Assembly (NCBI GenBank): GCA_963724295.1
Contig: CAVRUC010000013.1
Span: forward strand, 96,001-160,000
DNA length: 64,000 bases
Source: an uncultured Chloroflexia bacterium
Lineage (GTDB): Bacteria > Chloroflexota > Chloroflexia > Thermomicrobiales > UBA6265
Direction: 5' to 3'
Below the pieces are notes generated by a model. The model saw only the letters and a program-made list of their open reading frames with translations. It made no database searches and was not told the origin of the DNA. The translations under genes were made by a program, and so were the position numbers. This document shows, piece after piece, positions 19,859 to 29,824 of this stretch; positions within the stretch are counted from its first letter, which is position 1; every line of letters starts with the position of its first letter.

Positions 19859-20887
19859 ATGAGTCAAATCACCCGACCGCTACTGGCGATCACCATGGGC
19901 GATCCGGCCGGGATCGGTCCCGAGGTCGTGCTGAAGGCGCTCACCCACACGGACATCTTCGCCCTCTGCCGGCCGCTTGTCATCGGGGACCGGCGCATCC
20001 TGGAGCGGGCCGCGGGCTGGCTTGGACAGTCTCCTCAATTCGACGTCGTCGCGGAGCCCGCCCATGGGGCCTACCAGCCGGGCCAGGTGACGTTGCTCGA
20101 CATGGACAACGCATCCCCTGACCAAATCCCGGTTGGCGAGGAGACCGCCGCCGCCGGAGCGGCCGCCGTCGCCTACGTTTTCCGGGCCTGTGATCTGGCC
20201 ATGGCAGGGGAGGCCGACGCGGTCGTCACCGCGCCGCTCAACAAGGCCGCCATGCATCTGGCCGGCTACGAGTACGCCGGCCACACTGAGCTGCTGACCG
20301 AGCGGACCGGTGCGGATCGAGTCAGCATGCTCCTGATCGGTCCGAACCTGCGCATCGTCCATGTCAGCACTCACGTTGCCCTGGCGGAGGCGATCGCGCG
20401 GGTGACACCGCGGCGAGTCGAGGATGTCATCCAGATTGCCCATGATGCCTGCCGGGCGCTTGGTATCGCCCGGCCCCGGGTCGCGGTCGCCGGGCTCAAC
20501 CCCCACGCGAGCGAGGGCGGGATCTTTGGCAACGAAGAGCGCGAACGTATCGAACCAGCGATCCGCGCCGCTCGTGCCCGCGGTCTGGACGTCAGCGATC
20601 CCCAGCCTCCGGACACCGTCTTCCTGCGCGCCACCAAGGGCGCATACGATGTCGTCGTCGCCCAATACCACGATCAGGGGCACATCCCGATGAAGCTGCT
20701 GGCGTTCGACTCAGGTGTCAACGTCAGCTACGGCCTACCGATCATCCGCACGTCGGTCGACCACGGCACCGCCTTTGACATCGCCGGAAAGGGAATCGCG
20801 AAGGAATCGAGCCTCCTGGCCGCCATCGACGTCGCGCTGCAGATGGCGCATGCCCGCAATGCCAATTCCGAGCCGGCCGAGGGCTAG
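19859..20887 (+). CDS. pdxA: 4-hydroxythreonine-4-phosphate dehydrogenase family (likely the PdxA2 acid-sugar-phosphate type)
   Basis: ITMGDPAGIGPE, TAPLNK, GHTE, GLNPHA, YHDQG and RTSVDHGTAFDIAG; followed by a DUF1537 kinase. Confidence 0.93.
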   Translation: MSQITRPLLAITMGDPAGIGPEVVLKALTHTDIFALCRPLVIGDRRILERAAGWLGQSPQFDVVAEPAHGAYQPGQVTLLDMDNASPDQIPVGEETAAAGAAAVAYVFRACDLAMAGEADAVVTAPLNKAAMHLAGYEYAGHTELLTERTGADRVSMLLIGPNLRIVHVSTHVALAEAIARVTPRRVEDVIQIAHDACRALGIARPRVAVAGLNPHASEGGIFGNEERERIEPAIRAARARGLDVSDPQPPDTVFLRATKGAYDVVVAQYHDQGHIPMKLLAFDSGVNVSYGLPIIRTSVDHGTAFDIAGKGIAKESSLLAAIDVALQMAHARNANSEPAEG

Positions 20888-20893
20888 CGCGCC

Positions 20894-21142
20894 ATGTCGC
20901 AGCTGGTGATCGTGGCCGACGATCTGACCGGCGCCGCCGACACCGGCGCCTGCTTTGCCAGCGCGGGATTTGCCACGGTCGTCCCGCTCTCGAGCACCAC
21001 GATCCCGAACGCGGACGTTGTTGTGATCTCGACGGAAAGCCGGGATCTGGACCAGACCGCGGCCGCGGAGGCCGTCCGCTCGGCGCTGATCCCGATCGTC
21101 GGCGATCGGGGAGATGCGGAACCGCGGTGGATCTACAGCTAG
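20894..21142 (+). pseudogene. Truncated four-carbon acid-sugar kinase (DUF1537/DtnK family) N-terminus
   Basis: IVADDLTGAADTG and ISTESRD; stops at WIYS*, where the family continues YKKxDSTLRG. Confidence 0.85.
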
Positions 21143-21562
21143 ATCCCTACACAATATGCGTGACATGAATGACCGGTTGTCAAACTTGGCTTCCGTCTGG
21201 TGCCCTGCCAAGTGGTCCGGCGATACCCCTCGTGGTACTGGAAGCAATCAGTGCTCGGTCGTCCTCCGTTGGACCTATCGCGAGAACGAAACAGCTGCGC
21301 ACGCCGTCGATTGACCAACTTCACTGCTGGCTGCCCGCAATGTCAGGTACAGGTGCACACAACCGATTGGGTCCGGGGTGCGCTGATGGGGATTGAGATG
21401 CTCAATCACCCCGAAACAGCTGCACTTCGATACTAAAGTCGTCCGTCGGCGCGTCCATCACCATTCCTCTTCAAGCATGCTGAGCCGCCATGTAGCAGCC
21501 GCGACCCGCGTGCCTCCCGGAACTACGCGCAGTACTCACCAACTGAGTCAAAGCACACAAGG

Positions 21563-22226
21563 CTGAGGCATCTCACCTTGCTGAGGTGCGTCGTCACCGT
21601 TGATGCCATCAGGTGTCAAACCGAGATTGCGGCACAGATCGTTGCGCAGAGGGCCGATGATGTGCTGGCGAAGGCAAATCAGCCCACGTTACATCAGGCA
21701 GTAATGGTGGTCTTCGTCGAGGGGCGGGCCAGCGGGTTCGTCGCCGGCCACCACTGACCATCGGCGCACGGTCGAGAAGGACCACGGCCGCATCGACGTG
21801 CGGTAGCCCTGGACGGTCGACGATCCGGAGATCCTGGCGTATCTCGATCTCCCAGGCGCTTGACGGACGCTGCGCAGCGTCGGCATGGTCGTCGCCGAGC
21901 CGCGTAGCGGGTCCCGCGCAAGCGCATCATTCCGCTACTATCTCAGGAGCTTGCCCGACGATGCCGCGCCGCTCGGCGATGCCGTGCGCGCCCACTGGAG
22001 AATTGAGAAGAGCGTGCATTGGGTCCTCGAAATCGCCGTCCGTGTGGACGAGAGCGCGTCCGCCAGGGTAATGCCGACTAGAATCCATCGGTTCTGCGTC
22101 GCTCGTCCTCAATCTGCTGCGTCAGGGACCGATCGCCATGATGGCATCAAGGCCGAACGCCTCAGAGCCGGCTGGGGCTACCCCTATCTGCTTCGAGTCA
22201 TCGAACCATAATATGTGATTACCTTG
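21563..22226 (+). mobile_element. Degraded ISAs1-family transposase (3' part) with a probable terminal repeat
   Basis: VTVDAIRCQTEIAAQIV, NQPTL, EKDHGRI, RYYL and VRAHWRIEKSVHWVLE, broken by stops; followed by ATGTGATTACCTTG (22213-22226), similar to ISAs1 ends. Confidence 0.85.
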
Positions 22227-22483
22227 GTGCCATTCCTGATTTCCGACTCCGACGGACCCGGGATCTGAAACTGAGTTGGATTGTCTGCGCACCAGACTCG
22301 TGATCTATGCTGATGAGCCCGCTGGTCCAACTTAGCAGTGCCGTGACGTCTCTACTAGGGCTTTCACTCTGATACGGGCTGTCCAATTGAAACCCCGATG
22401 CCACACCGCATGCGTCCATCAGTGGCGAGAGGCAACGACAATTGGTCTCAATGGTATAATCAACATCCTCACGTTCACATGAT

Positions 22484-24841
22484 GTGAACAACTTAGGGAA
22501 GGCAGTGCCAATGGCGGCATCGGCACGTGCTCCGCTTGCTCCGTTGATCGGCCGCGAGGACGAGCGCGCCTTTGTGCGATCTGCACTCGGTCGGCGGAAT
22601 TCTCGTTTCCTCACGCTGACCGGACCCGGGGGCATCGGGAAAACTCGCCTGGCGCTGGAACTCACGGCCGAACTGGCGTCCGAATACGACGATGGCGCTC
22701 ACATTGTGTATCTGGGAGGGTTGGCCGACCCTGTGTTGGTCCTTCCTGCTATCGCGCGGACGATTGGGCTGCACGGCGATGGATCTTCCCCTAGTGCGGA
22801 GCGCCTTCACGCGACGCTTGCGTCGGCGAAGATGCTCCTGACGCTCGACCACCTCGAGCAGGCCTCCGTGGTCACACCCGAGTTGGAGCAGCTGCTCCAG
22901 GCCTGCCCAGGGCTCCAGATCCTGGTCACCAACCGGACGCCACTGCGAGCCGCAGACGAGCAGGTCCTGCAGGTGCCGCCGCTACAGACCCCGGACTTGT
23001 CGCGGCCGCCCTCGCTCGCCGAGCTTCGCCAGAACGAGGCGGTCAGGCTGCTCGTGCAGCGAGTTCGCGTCACCGATCCAGGCTTCACGGTGACGCAGGC
23101 CAATGCTCCGGATATTGCGGCCATCTGCGCCCGTCTCGAGGGAGTGCCAATGGCGATTGAGCTCGCCGCGTTGCAGCTTCGGGTGGTATCGCCCGCGGTC
23201 CTCCGGAAGCGCCTCGCCGCCTCATTGACGGTGCTCACCAAGGATGAGCCTGACCTACCGCGGCACCAATTGACGCTCCGGGCGTCGCTGGTCTGGAGTG
23301 AAAACCTCCTACACCCTTCGCATCGAGCTATCTTCCATCGACTGTCGGTGTTCGCGGGAGGGTTTGACGCTGCGGCGGCTGAGGTAGTCTGTGCCGGGTC
23401 GATGGGTGGTGAGACGCTGAGCGCACAGGTGCTCGACGGGTTGGTCAAGCTGACCGACCACGGTCTCCTGAATCGAGAGATCGTGGCTGGTGAACTACGT
23501 TTCACGATACCGGAGACTATTTGCGAGTATGCGCTGGAAGGTCTTGAGGCGAGCGGTGAGGCGGAGACGGCGCGCCGCCGTCATGCCACGTACTTTCTAA
23601 CACTCGCCGAGGACGCCGCGCCGGCGCTTCTGGGACCGGACCAGGAGGCATGGCTGGTGCGGCTCGAAAGCGAACACGACAACCTGCGGGCGGCGTTGCG
23701 ATGGTCGCTGGCGCATGATCTCGCCCTGTCATTGCGACTGGCGGCGGCGCTCTGGCGATTTTGGTCCGCGCATGGGTATATCCAGGAGGGGCGGCGCTGG
23801 CTGGAGCGCACCCTCGATACAGGCGCGGCAGAGAGCACGATCGTGCGGGTGCGCGCTCTCAATGGCCTGGGCGTGCTGGTCTGGACAGGCGGTGATCACG
23901 ACCGGGCGCGGGATCTGCAGAATGCCAGCTTGACACTGGCGCGGGAGATCGGTGACTCATGGGGGGTAGCGGCTGCGCGGGGCGACCTAGCTATTATTGA
24001 GTTCGATCAGAATGGTGATGCGGCGCGCGCCCGTGAGGTCACCGAGGACGTGCTGCGCCAGTTCCAGGTGCTTGGCGACCGCTACTCGGAAGGGATCGCC
24101 CTCACGACGCTTGGCAACATCGCCTGCCGCCAGGGGGACCTCGCTGCAGCGACCTCCAGATTCCAGGAGGCCCTGACCATTGCCCGGGAATCCGGCGACA
24201 CCTATGCTGTAGAACTCAGCCTCTGTAATCTCGCTCTGGCGTCGCGGCTCAATGGCGACGTTGATGAGGCAGCCGCCTCCTATGTGGAAGCGCTGAAGCT
24301 CGCTCACCGCCTCGGCCATTCCGAGGATCTCCTCTACTGCCTGGCCGGAATCGGCGGTGTCGAAGTTGCGCGCGGGCGGTTCGAGAGTGCCGCGCGGCTC
24401 CTCGGTGCGGCGGCAACGATGGCAGAGGTGGTGGGGACGCCCTTGCAATCGCTCGAGCAGGAACAATTCGACCGTGACACTGCAGCGGCCCGGGCCGCCT
24501 TGCCTGACCCAACGTTCGTGCATGCCTGGAATTTGGGTCGAGCGCTTTCACTCGACGCGGTGGTGGCGGAGGTCTTGGATGCTCCCGACCCGGTGAGCCG
24601 CGCCAGCCTCAACCACGGCTTGAGTGACCGCGAGATCGAAGTGCTACGGCTGCTCGTCAGGGGTATGTCGGACCGGGAAATCGCCGCGGCGTTGTTCATC
24701 AGTCCGGGAACGGCCACGACCCACGTCCGGAATATTCGCGGCAAACTGGGCGTGCGCTCCCGTGGTGCCGCTGCCGCGTTGGCAATCCGTCATGGCATTG
24801 CAGGAGATCGCCGACGGCATCTTCGTCGTTCGGAAGACTGA
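22484..24841 (+). CDS. STAND-type ATPase-TPR-LuxR HTH transcriptional regulator
   Basis: LIGRE, Walker A GPGGIGKT, GVPMAIELAA, EHDNLRAAL, TPRs and C-terminal LSDREIEVL...HVRNIRGKLG. Confidence 0.92.
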   Translation: MNNLGKAVPMAASARAPLAPLIGREDERAFVRSALGRRNSRFLTLTGPGGIGKTRLALELTAELASEYDDGAHIVYLGGLADPVLVLPAIARTIGLHGDGSSPSAERLHATLASAKMLLTLDHLEQASVVTPELEQLLQACPGLQILVTNRTPLRAADEQVLQVPPLQTPDLSRPPSLAELRQNEAVRLLVQRVRVTDPGFTVTQANAPDIAAICARLEGVPMAIELAALQLRVVSPAVLRKRLAASLTVLTKDEPDLPRHQLTLRASLVWSENLLHPSHRAIFHRLSVFAGGFDAAAAEVVCAGSMGGETLSAQVLDGLVKLTDHGLLNREIVAGELRFTIPETICEYALEGLEASGEAETARRRHATYFLTLAEDAAPALLGPDQEAWLVRLESEHDNLRAALRWSLAHDLALSLRLAAALWRFWSAHGYIQEGRRWLERTLDTGAAESTIVRVRALNGLGVLVWTGGDHDRARDLQNASLTLAREIGDSWGVAAARGDLAIIEFDQNGDAARAREVTEDVLRQFQVLGDRYSEGIALTTLGNIACRQGDLAAATSRFQEALTIARESGDTYAVELSLCNLALASRLNGDVDEAAASYVEALKLAHRLGHSEDLLYCLAGIGGVEVARGRFESAARLLGAAATMAEVVGTPLQSLEQEQFDRDTAAARAALPDPTFVHAWNLGRALSLDAVVAEVLDAPDPVSRASLNHGLSDREIEVLRLLVRGMSDREIAAALFISPGTATTHVRNIRGKLGVRSRGAAAALAIRHGIAGDRRRHLRRSED

Positions 24842-25290
24842 ACCGCTCCGTGCGCCCCGCTAGATTGACCTTTTGACGCGAACTCGGTGAGCTATACCTA
24901 TGGCTACCGGCTACTGCCTGGCCGATCCGCGGATCGTCTTGGGCAACAGTCGGCTGGCGGATGGCACCCACGCGGTGCAGCCCTCCGCCGATCCCAAGAA
25001 CCTGCTCGCCGAAGGTGAGGACGCGACGATCTCCGTCTCGCTGTACGCGAAATGGGGATCAAGAATTTCCTTTTGCAGACCACCACGGACGTAATATTCC
25101 ACGCGAACGTGGTCGCCCCCGGCACCGCCGACCCCTCCTCCATATCGGGGCTGACCCGCATGCGCGGGCATCGGGACGGTAAGGAACAGACGAAGTTATA
25201 AATCCTGATTGGATGTTCTCAAGTGGCACGGGCCGAATACCATGAGAATTTAATAATGAGGGGAATTCTTGCCAAGGCGCGCTCGGAAAT

Positions 25291-25306
25291 TACCTATTAC
25301 TAGGTA
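25291..25306. promoter_or_regulatory. 6-4-6 palindrome TACCTA-TTAC-TAGGTA upstream of the histidine kinase
   Basis: Perfect 6-bp arms in an AT-rich intergenic region, 55 bp before the ATG. Confidence 0.45.
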
Positions 25307-25361
25307 TGGTCATACCAGCTTCAAAGGACTACATCTAAACCACACAACAACCGAGGGAGTT

Positions 25362-26297
25362 ATGGAGACTCACCCCGCTGATGTGGTCTCTAATCGAGTG
25401 CCGTTCATCGGCGGCGATGTCGATGACGAATGGGAACGTGTTGAAAAAACCATGCCAATTCTAGAATCGGCTGAGGCTTTAGGACGCACCCGGCTCCCGG
25501 CTCGTCTGGTCCACTTGCCGGGGCCGGCCCTGGAGAGTGCTACTGACGACGTGGTCATCCTGCCCTTCCCTGCCTCGGCATTGCCTTCAGATGCGCAAAT
25601 TTCGGCTCGCCTCAGCGAGTTAGCAGTTCTCAAGGCCGACTTCACCGCAATGGTCGCCCATGAGCTTGCCTCGCCCATCGCCGCGATCCGCATCCTTGTG
25701 GATATGCTCGCAACGGGAGAACTTTCGCCAGAGGCGCAAAGCCAGGCGCTGGCCACAATTGGTGCGCAGACGGATGTGCTCAAGACCCTGGTCTCTGACC
25801 TGCAATCTGCCGCGACCGCCGAGCGCGATGATTTCGTCGTCCAGTTGCGCCCGATACGGATCAGTGACTTGCTGGTCGCGGCGGCCGTGTTCACTTACAC
25901 GCTGCCGGGCGAGCACCCGATGACCACAGAGATTACCGGCCTAGATCGGGTGCTGGCTGACCAGGAGCGGATCGGGCAGGTGCTCCGCAACCTCATCGAA
26001 AACGCGGCCAAGTATTCGCCCATTGGTGCCCCCATCGAGCTGCGTGCCACCCCGCGGGGGAGACGGATTCGGATCGAGGTCGCTGACCGCGGTCCCGGAA
26101 TCCCCCCCCATGCTCAGCGACGCATCTTCGAGAAGTTTGAGCGGGGACGTGACGAGCGGGGAGAGCGGGTGCCCGGTGTCGGTCTCGGGCTGTACTTATC
26201 GCGGCGTCTGGTGCAGATGCATGGCAGTGAGCTGACGGTGGAGCCGAGACCCGGCGGCGGGTCGACGTTCGCCTTCGAGTTGGAGCTCGTCCGGTGA
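25362..26297 (+). CDS. Cytoplasmic histidine kinase (HisKA + HATPase, no evident sensor domain)
   Basis: H-box VAHELASP, N-box NLIENAAKYS, G1 DRGPGI, F-box IFEKF and G2 GVGLGL; GAGGGAG RBS. Confidence 0.9.
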   Translation: METHPADVVSNRVPFIGGDVDDEWERVEKTMPILESAEALGRTRLPARLVHLPGPALESATDDVVILPFPASALPSDAQISARLSELAVLKADFTAMVAHELASPIAAIRILVDMLATGELSPEAQSQALATIGAQTDVLKTLVSDLQSAATAERDDFVVQLRPIRISDLLVAAAVFTYTLPGEHPMTTEITGLDRVLADQERIGQVLRNLIENAAKYSPIGAPIELRATPRGRRIRIEVADRGPGIPPHAQRRIFEKFERGRDERGERVPGVGLGLYLSRRLVQMHGSELTVEPRPGGGSTFAFELELVR

Positions 26298-26406
26298 TCC
26301 AGGTCTTGTTCCATAACGCTGAACGAGGGAAACAGGGAATCGAATGCTATCTTCCGTCCCCCACTGGAGGCGGCCAGCCGGCATCGCTGGGGGCGATGAC
26401 CTGGCC

Positions 26407-26498
26407 TAGCTCATTTGAGTTAGGGAAACACGCCTCAATTGAGTTAGGGAAACATGCTTCATATGAGGGACGAGCAAATGACGTTCATGATCTATGCT
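26407..26498 (+). promoter_or_regulatory. Operator array + -10 (site A) upstream of the response regulator
   Basis: TAGCTCATTTGAGTTA (26407), CGCCTCAATTGAGTTA (26431), TGCTTCATATGAGGGA (26455), 22 bp, TATGCT (26493). Confidence 0.75.
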
Positions 26499-26789
26499 CA
26501 GAGCATCTGAGAGTCAGATGTACAACTGCTGAGGTAGCGCGGCCGACCGTGGGGGGGCCGTCTATGACGGTTGCTCGATCCTAGTTTCTCTCAATCGATA
26601 CGACGGGGTGGGGCCAGCGCGGCTAACGATGGCACCCCACCCGCGTCAAACCACCTGGGCATCCCCTGGAGGGCGCCTGGAGGTTGCGTGAGTATAGCGT
26701 CTCCTCTCGGGAGTCCCGCGACCTTCCGGTGCGCCTTCGGGGTTCATTAGAGTGCGGCCACAGCAGTGCCGCGGCTTGGAGAACCACCG

Positions 26790-27641
26790 ATGGTCGAACT
26801 GGCCTACGACGCCGTTCCAATTCCACGGATCGCCGCAGACCCCTCTCCTGAGTGGGATGATGACCGGCCAGAGCCGGTCCCCCATTGGGAACGTGTTCAA
26901 TCGCGGCCGCGCGCGGTCTGCCCAACCCGGAAAGACCGCGCATCGACCCACCATGAGCGGGTCGGGCAGGAGATCCGGGTGGTGCTGGTCGATGACCACC
27001 TCTCGTTCCGGCAGCCCCTGGCCTTCATGCTGATGCGGGAGGCGGACATCACCATCATCGGGCAAGCCGGAACAGTGGCCGACGCCCGTCCACTCCTGCC
27101 TCAGGCGGACATCGCCCTCATCGACCTGGATCTGCCGGACGGGGAGGGCGTAGAGCTGATCCACGACCTGCGCTCCATCAATCCCCAGGCCATTGCCTTA
27201 CTGCTGACGGCGAGCGCCAGCAACGTCGCGATGGCCCGCGCGGTGGAGGCGGGAGCCGCCGGCGTCCTGCACAAGACACGCTCTGTCAGCGAGATCACCG
27301 ACGCGATTCGCCGCGTGCATGCGGGGGAGCCGCTGTTGTCGGTGCGCGAAACGATCGAGATGCTTCGGTTCGTCGGCCAGCACCGGGAGCGCAACCGCGC
27401 GGCGCAGGTGGCAATCGGCCAGCTAACCCAACGCGAGAAGGAGGTGCTGGCGGCGCTGGGCCACGGCCTCCACGACCGCGAGATCGCCGAGCGCCTGCAC
27501 ATCCAGACGGAGACGGTGCGGACACACATGGTCAACCTCCTGCGCAAAATTGACGTCGATTCGCGGCTCCAGGCCCTCGTATTTGCGGTGAAGTACGGCC
27601 TCATCGACCTCCAGCACGGGAACGACGATGACGGCCGCTGA
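26790..27641 (+). CDS. NarL/LuxR-family response regulator with an N-terminal extension
   Basis: REC domain (VLVDDH, DIALIDLDLPD, LHK) and HTH LTQREKEVL...TVRTHMVNLLRKI; GGAG RBS. Confidence 0.92.
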   Translation: MVELAYDAVPIPRIAADPSPEWDDDRPEPVPHWERVQSRPRAVCPTRKDRASTHHERVGQEIRVVLVDDHLSFRQPLAFMLMREADITIIGQAGTVADARPLLPQADIALIDLDLPDGEGVELIHDLRSINPQAIALLLTASASNVAMARAVEAGAAGVLHKTRSVSEITDAIRRVHAGEPLLSVRETIEMLRFVGQHRERNRAAQVAIGQLTQREKEVLAALGHGLHDREIAERLHIQTETVRTHMVNLLRKIDVDSRLQALVFAVKYGLIDLQHGNDDDGR

Positions 27642-27747
27642 GGAGGGACACGGCCCGACACACTCGCCGACGAAAACCGGGGCGTCTCGGTGACCCAACC
27701 TGCTCGGCCCCTGTTTGCCGTGCCCGCCTGAGCCGATCCTCCCGCCC

Positions 27748-28137
27748 TCAGCCGTCGCCGGGCACCGTGGCTCGGCCCTCAGCGAGGGCGACTGCGCGGT
27801 CGACCAGTGCGAGGGCGGCCGCTAGGCCGAGATCGGCGACGACCGCCCGCTCCCCGTTGACGCTCGTCTCGACCCGCGGCGCGCCGTCCGGGTAAAGCAG
27901 CGTCCACGCCCGGCTCCCCGCCTCCACGGCCGGCGCCAGACTGCTGCAGAAGACGAGGTCGGGTCGGGTCCGGACCACCATTCCGTCGAGCTCGGCGGGC
28001 TCGACCGCGACTGCCGAGGCCTCGGAGCGCAGCGCTGCCAGCGCCCCCGCCAGCGCCTCGCGGTAGACCCGCGGCTCGTTCGCGACCAAGACGCAAACGC
28101 GCGGCGTCCCGCCAGCCGTCGGAGGTCGGTTCGGCAT
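27748..28137 (-). CDS. Small pseudo-receiver-like protein
   Basis: VLVANE and RPDLVFCS mimic the REC motifs (VDD, PDLVLLD) without the phospho-Asp. Confidence 0.6.
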   Translation of the reverse strand: MPNRPPTAGGTPRVCVLVANEPRVYREALAGALAALRSEASAVAVEPAELDGMVVRTRPDLVFCSSLAPAVEAGSRAWTLLYPDGAPRVETSVNGERAVVADLGLAAALALVDRAVALAEGRATVPGDG

Positions 28138-28534
28138 CGGCAGAGCTCCCCTTTGTGGGCGGCGTACGGCGGGGACAGGGCGCGAGGCGCGGCGGCTCGG
28201 ACCCGGCCGGTACCTACTCGGGCCGGGCGCGACCCAGCGGCACTACGGAGCAAACGTACTCTGCCCGGTCTGCGGCGCCATACCCCAACGAGCCAGAATC
28301 CGCGGCGGCGGGAGTGCGTGAGAGTCCCGGCAGACAAGCGACTGGGAGACTGTCGAGCCGATGCACACCCGGACTGCGCCGTGTCCCTCGGCCTCGCCGG
28401 GATCACCTGAGCATTTCCACTGCTAACTTCGGCTCGCGCCCGGGAGCACGCGGCCAAGCCGCGCCTGGCCACACCCGCGGTGACGGGCGGCCCGCCGGAA
28501 CCTTCCTGCTGCGTCCCAACTCCTACCGTCGCCG

Positions 28535-28602
28535 TGGCTCGATTGAGCTAGGGAAATTTGGCTCCTTTCTGGGATTGGTAAGGAGCCTTTCGAACCTACA
28601 AT
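28535..28602 (+). promoter_or_regulatory. Operator pair + -10 (site B) upstream of the glycosyltransferase operon
   Basis: TGGCTCGATTGAGCTA (28535), TGGCTCCTTTCTGGGA (28559), 22 bp, TACAAT (28597). Confidence 0.7.
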
Positions 28603-28960
28603 CCGGCATAACAAATCTTCAACATTCGAACCACGTTCGTGGTGGATCGGTGCGAAGTCGACCATGCCGGGAGCGCCGTTACGGCGCCCCGAGGGTGAAC
28701 CGGCGCATGCCCTCGACGCCAGAACGTGTCAGGAAGGATGGTGGATCGATGAATCCCAAGCGTTGGCCGCCGTAATCGAAGAGCATCGGCCATACCCAAG
28801 GTAAGCGGGGGGCACCGCGTCACGATGTCGCCCCCGCCCACCTTTGCCACACCAGATGCGCCTAACGGGCAACACCGGCTGCGCTGCCTACTTTACAGGC
28901 TGCAACCGCCGGCGTGTATCCCCGTTCGGGCCAGACCCTGACCGGAACGGAGAGGACGCC

Positions 28961-29824
28961 ATGGTTGCCAAGCTGCAGGAGTTAGAGATCCCCGCGCCGT
29001 CGCTGAGCTTCGTCGCCGACGAGGGCAGGAACTGGACCGGACATCACCGGGTCAGCGTCGTCATCCCGGCTATGAACGAAGCGAAGAACCTGCCCCACGT
29101 TCTGCCGCGGATCCCCGGATGGGTGGACGAGGTGGTGTTGGTCGACGGCCGCTCGACCGACGGCACAGCGGAGGTCGCGCTCGGCTTGCTGCCGTCAATC
29201 AGGATTGTCGAGCAGGAGGGCAAGGGGAAGGGGGCCGCGCTCAGAAGCGGCTTCGCGGCGGCGAGTGGCGAGATCATCGTCATGCTCGACGCCGACGGCT
29301 CGATGGACCCGGCCGAGATCCACGCCTACGTCGGGCAACTCCTGGCCGGGGCCGACTTCGTCAAGGGGTCCCGCTTCATGCAAGGCGGGGGGACGTCCGA
29401 CATGACGGCACTCCGCCGGGCGGGGAACTGGGGGCTGACCCAGCTCGTGCGTGGCCTCTTCGGAGGGCGCTTCTCGGACCTCTGCTACGGCTATGCCGCT
29501 TTCTGGGCGCGGACGCTGCCCACCCTCGCGCTGACGGCCGACGGATTCGAGATCGAGACTGAGATGAACCTGCGCGCTCTGCAAGCCAAGCTTCGGGTGG
29601 CCGAGGTGGCGAGCTTCGAGGCCGACCGGATCCACGGGGAGAGCAACCTGCGCACGTTCCCTGATGGATGGCGGGTGCTTAAGGCGATTGGCCGGCACGC
29701 GTGGCAGGACTGTTGCCGCGAGTGGACCGGGCTCTGGAAGCAGAGCGTCGGTGCCCTCGGCGGCACAACGACCCTGTCCGCGCCGATGCTCGACCTTGAG
29801 CTGAAGAACCCGGCCGGTGACTGA
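28961..29824 (+). CDS. GT2 glycosyltransferase (DPM1-like)
   Basis: VSVVIPAMNEA, VDGRSTDGT, GKGAAL, DADGS, VKGSRF and GFEIETE. Confidence 0.92.
   Translation: MVAKLQELEIPAPSLSFVADEGRNWTGHHRVSVVIPAMNEAKNLPHVLPRIPGWVDEVVLVDGRSTDGTAEVALGLLPSIRIVEQEGKGKGAALRSGFAAASGEIIVMLDADGSMDPAEIHAYVGQLLAGADFVKGSRFMQGGGTSDMTALRRAGNWGLTQLVRGLFGGRFSDLCYGYAAFWARTLPTLALTADGFEIETEMNLRALQAKLRVAEVASFEADRIHGESNLRTFPDGWRVLKAIGRHAWQDCCREWTGLWKQSVGALGGTTTLSAPMLDLELKNPAGD

Noticed and set aside
24900..25182. Short ORFs; ADPKNLLAEGED recalls a secreted-protein remnant
   Set aside because: No RBS or clear family; cannot be supported.
26407..26470. 24-bp tandem repeat read as a mini-CRISPR, or ORF 26294-26584 (ELGKHAS x2) read as a gene
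   Set aside because: No unique spacers and no cas genes. The same motif recurs at four other intergenic sites, so it is better explained as an operator.
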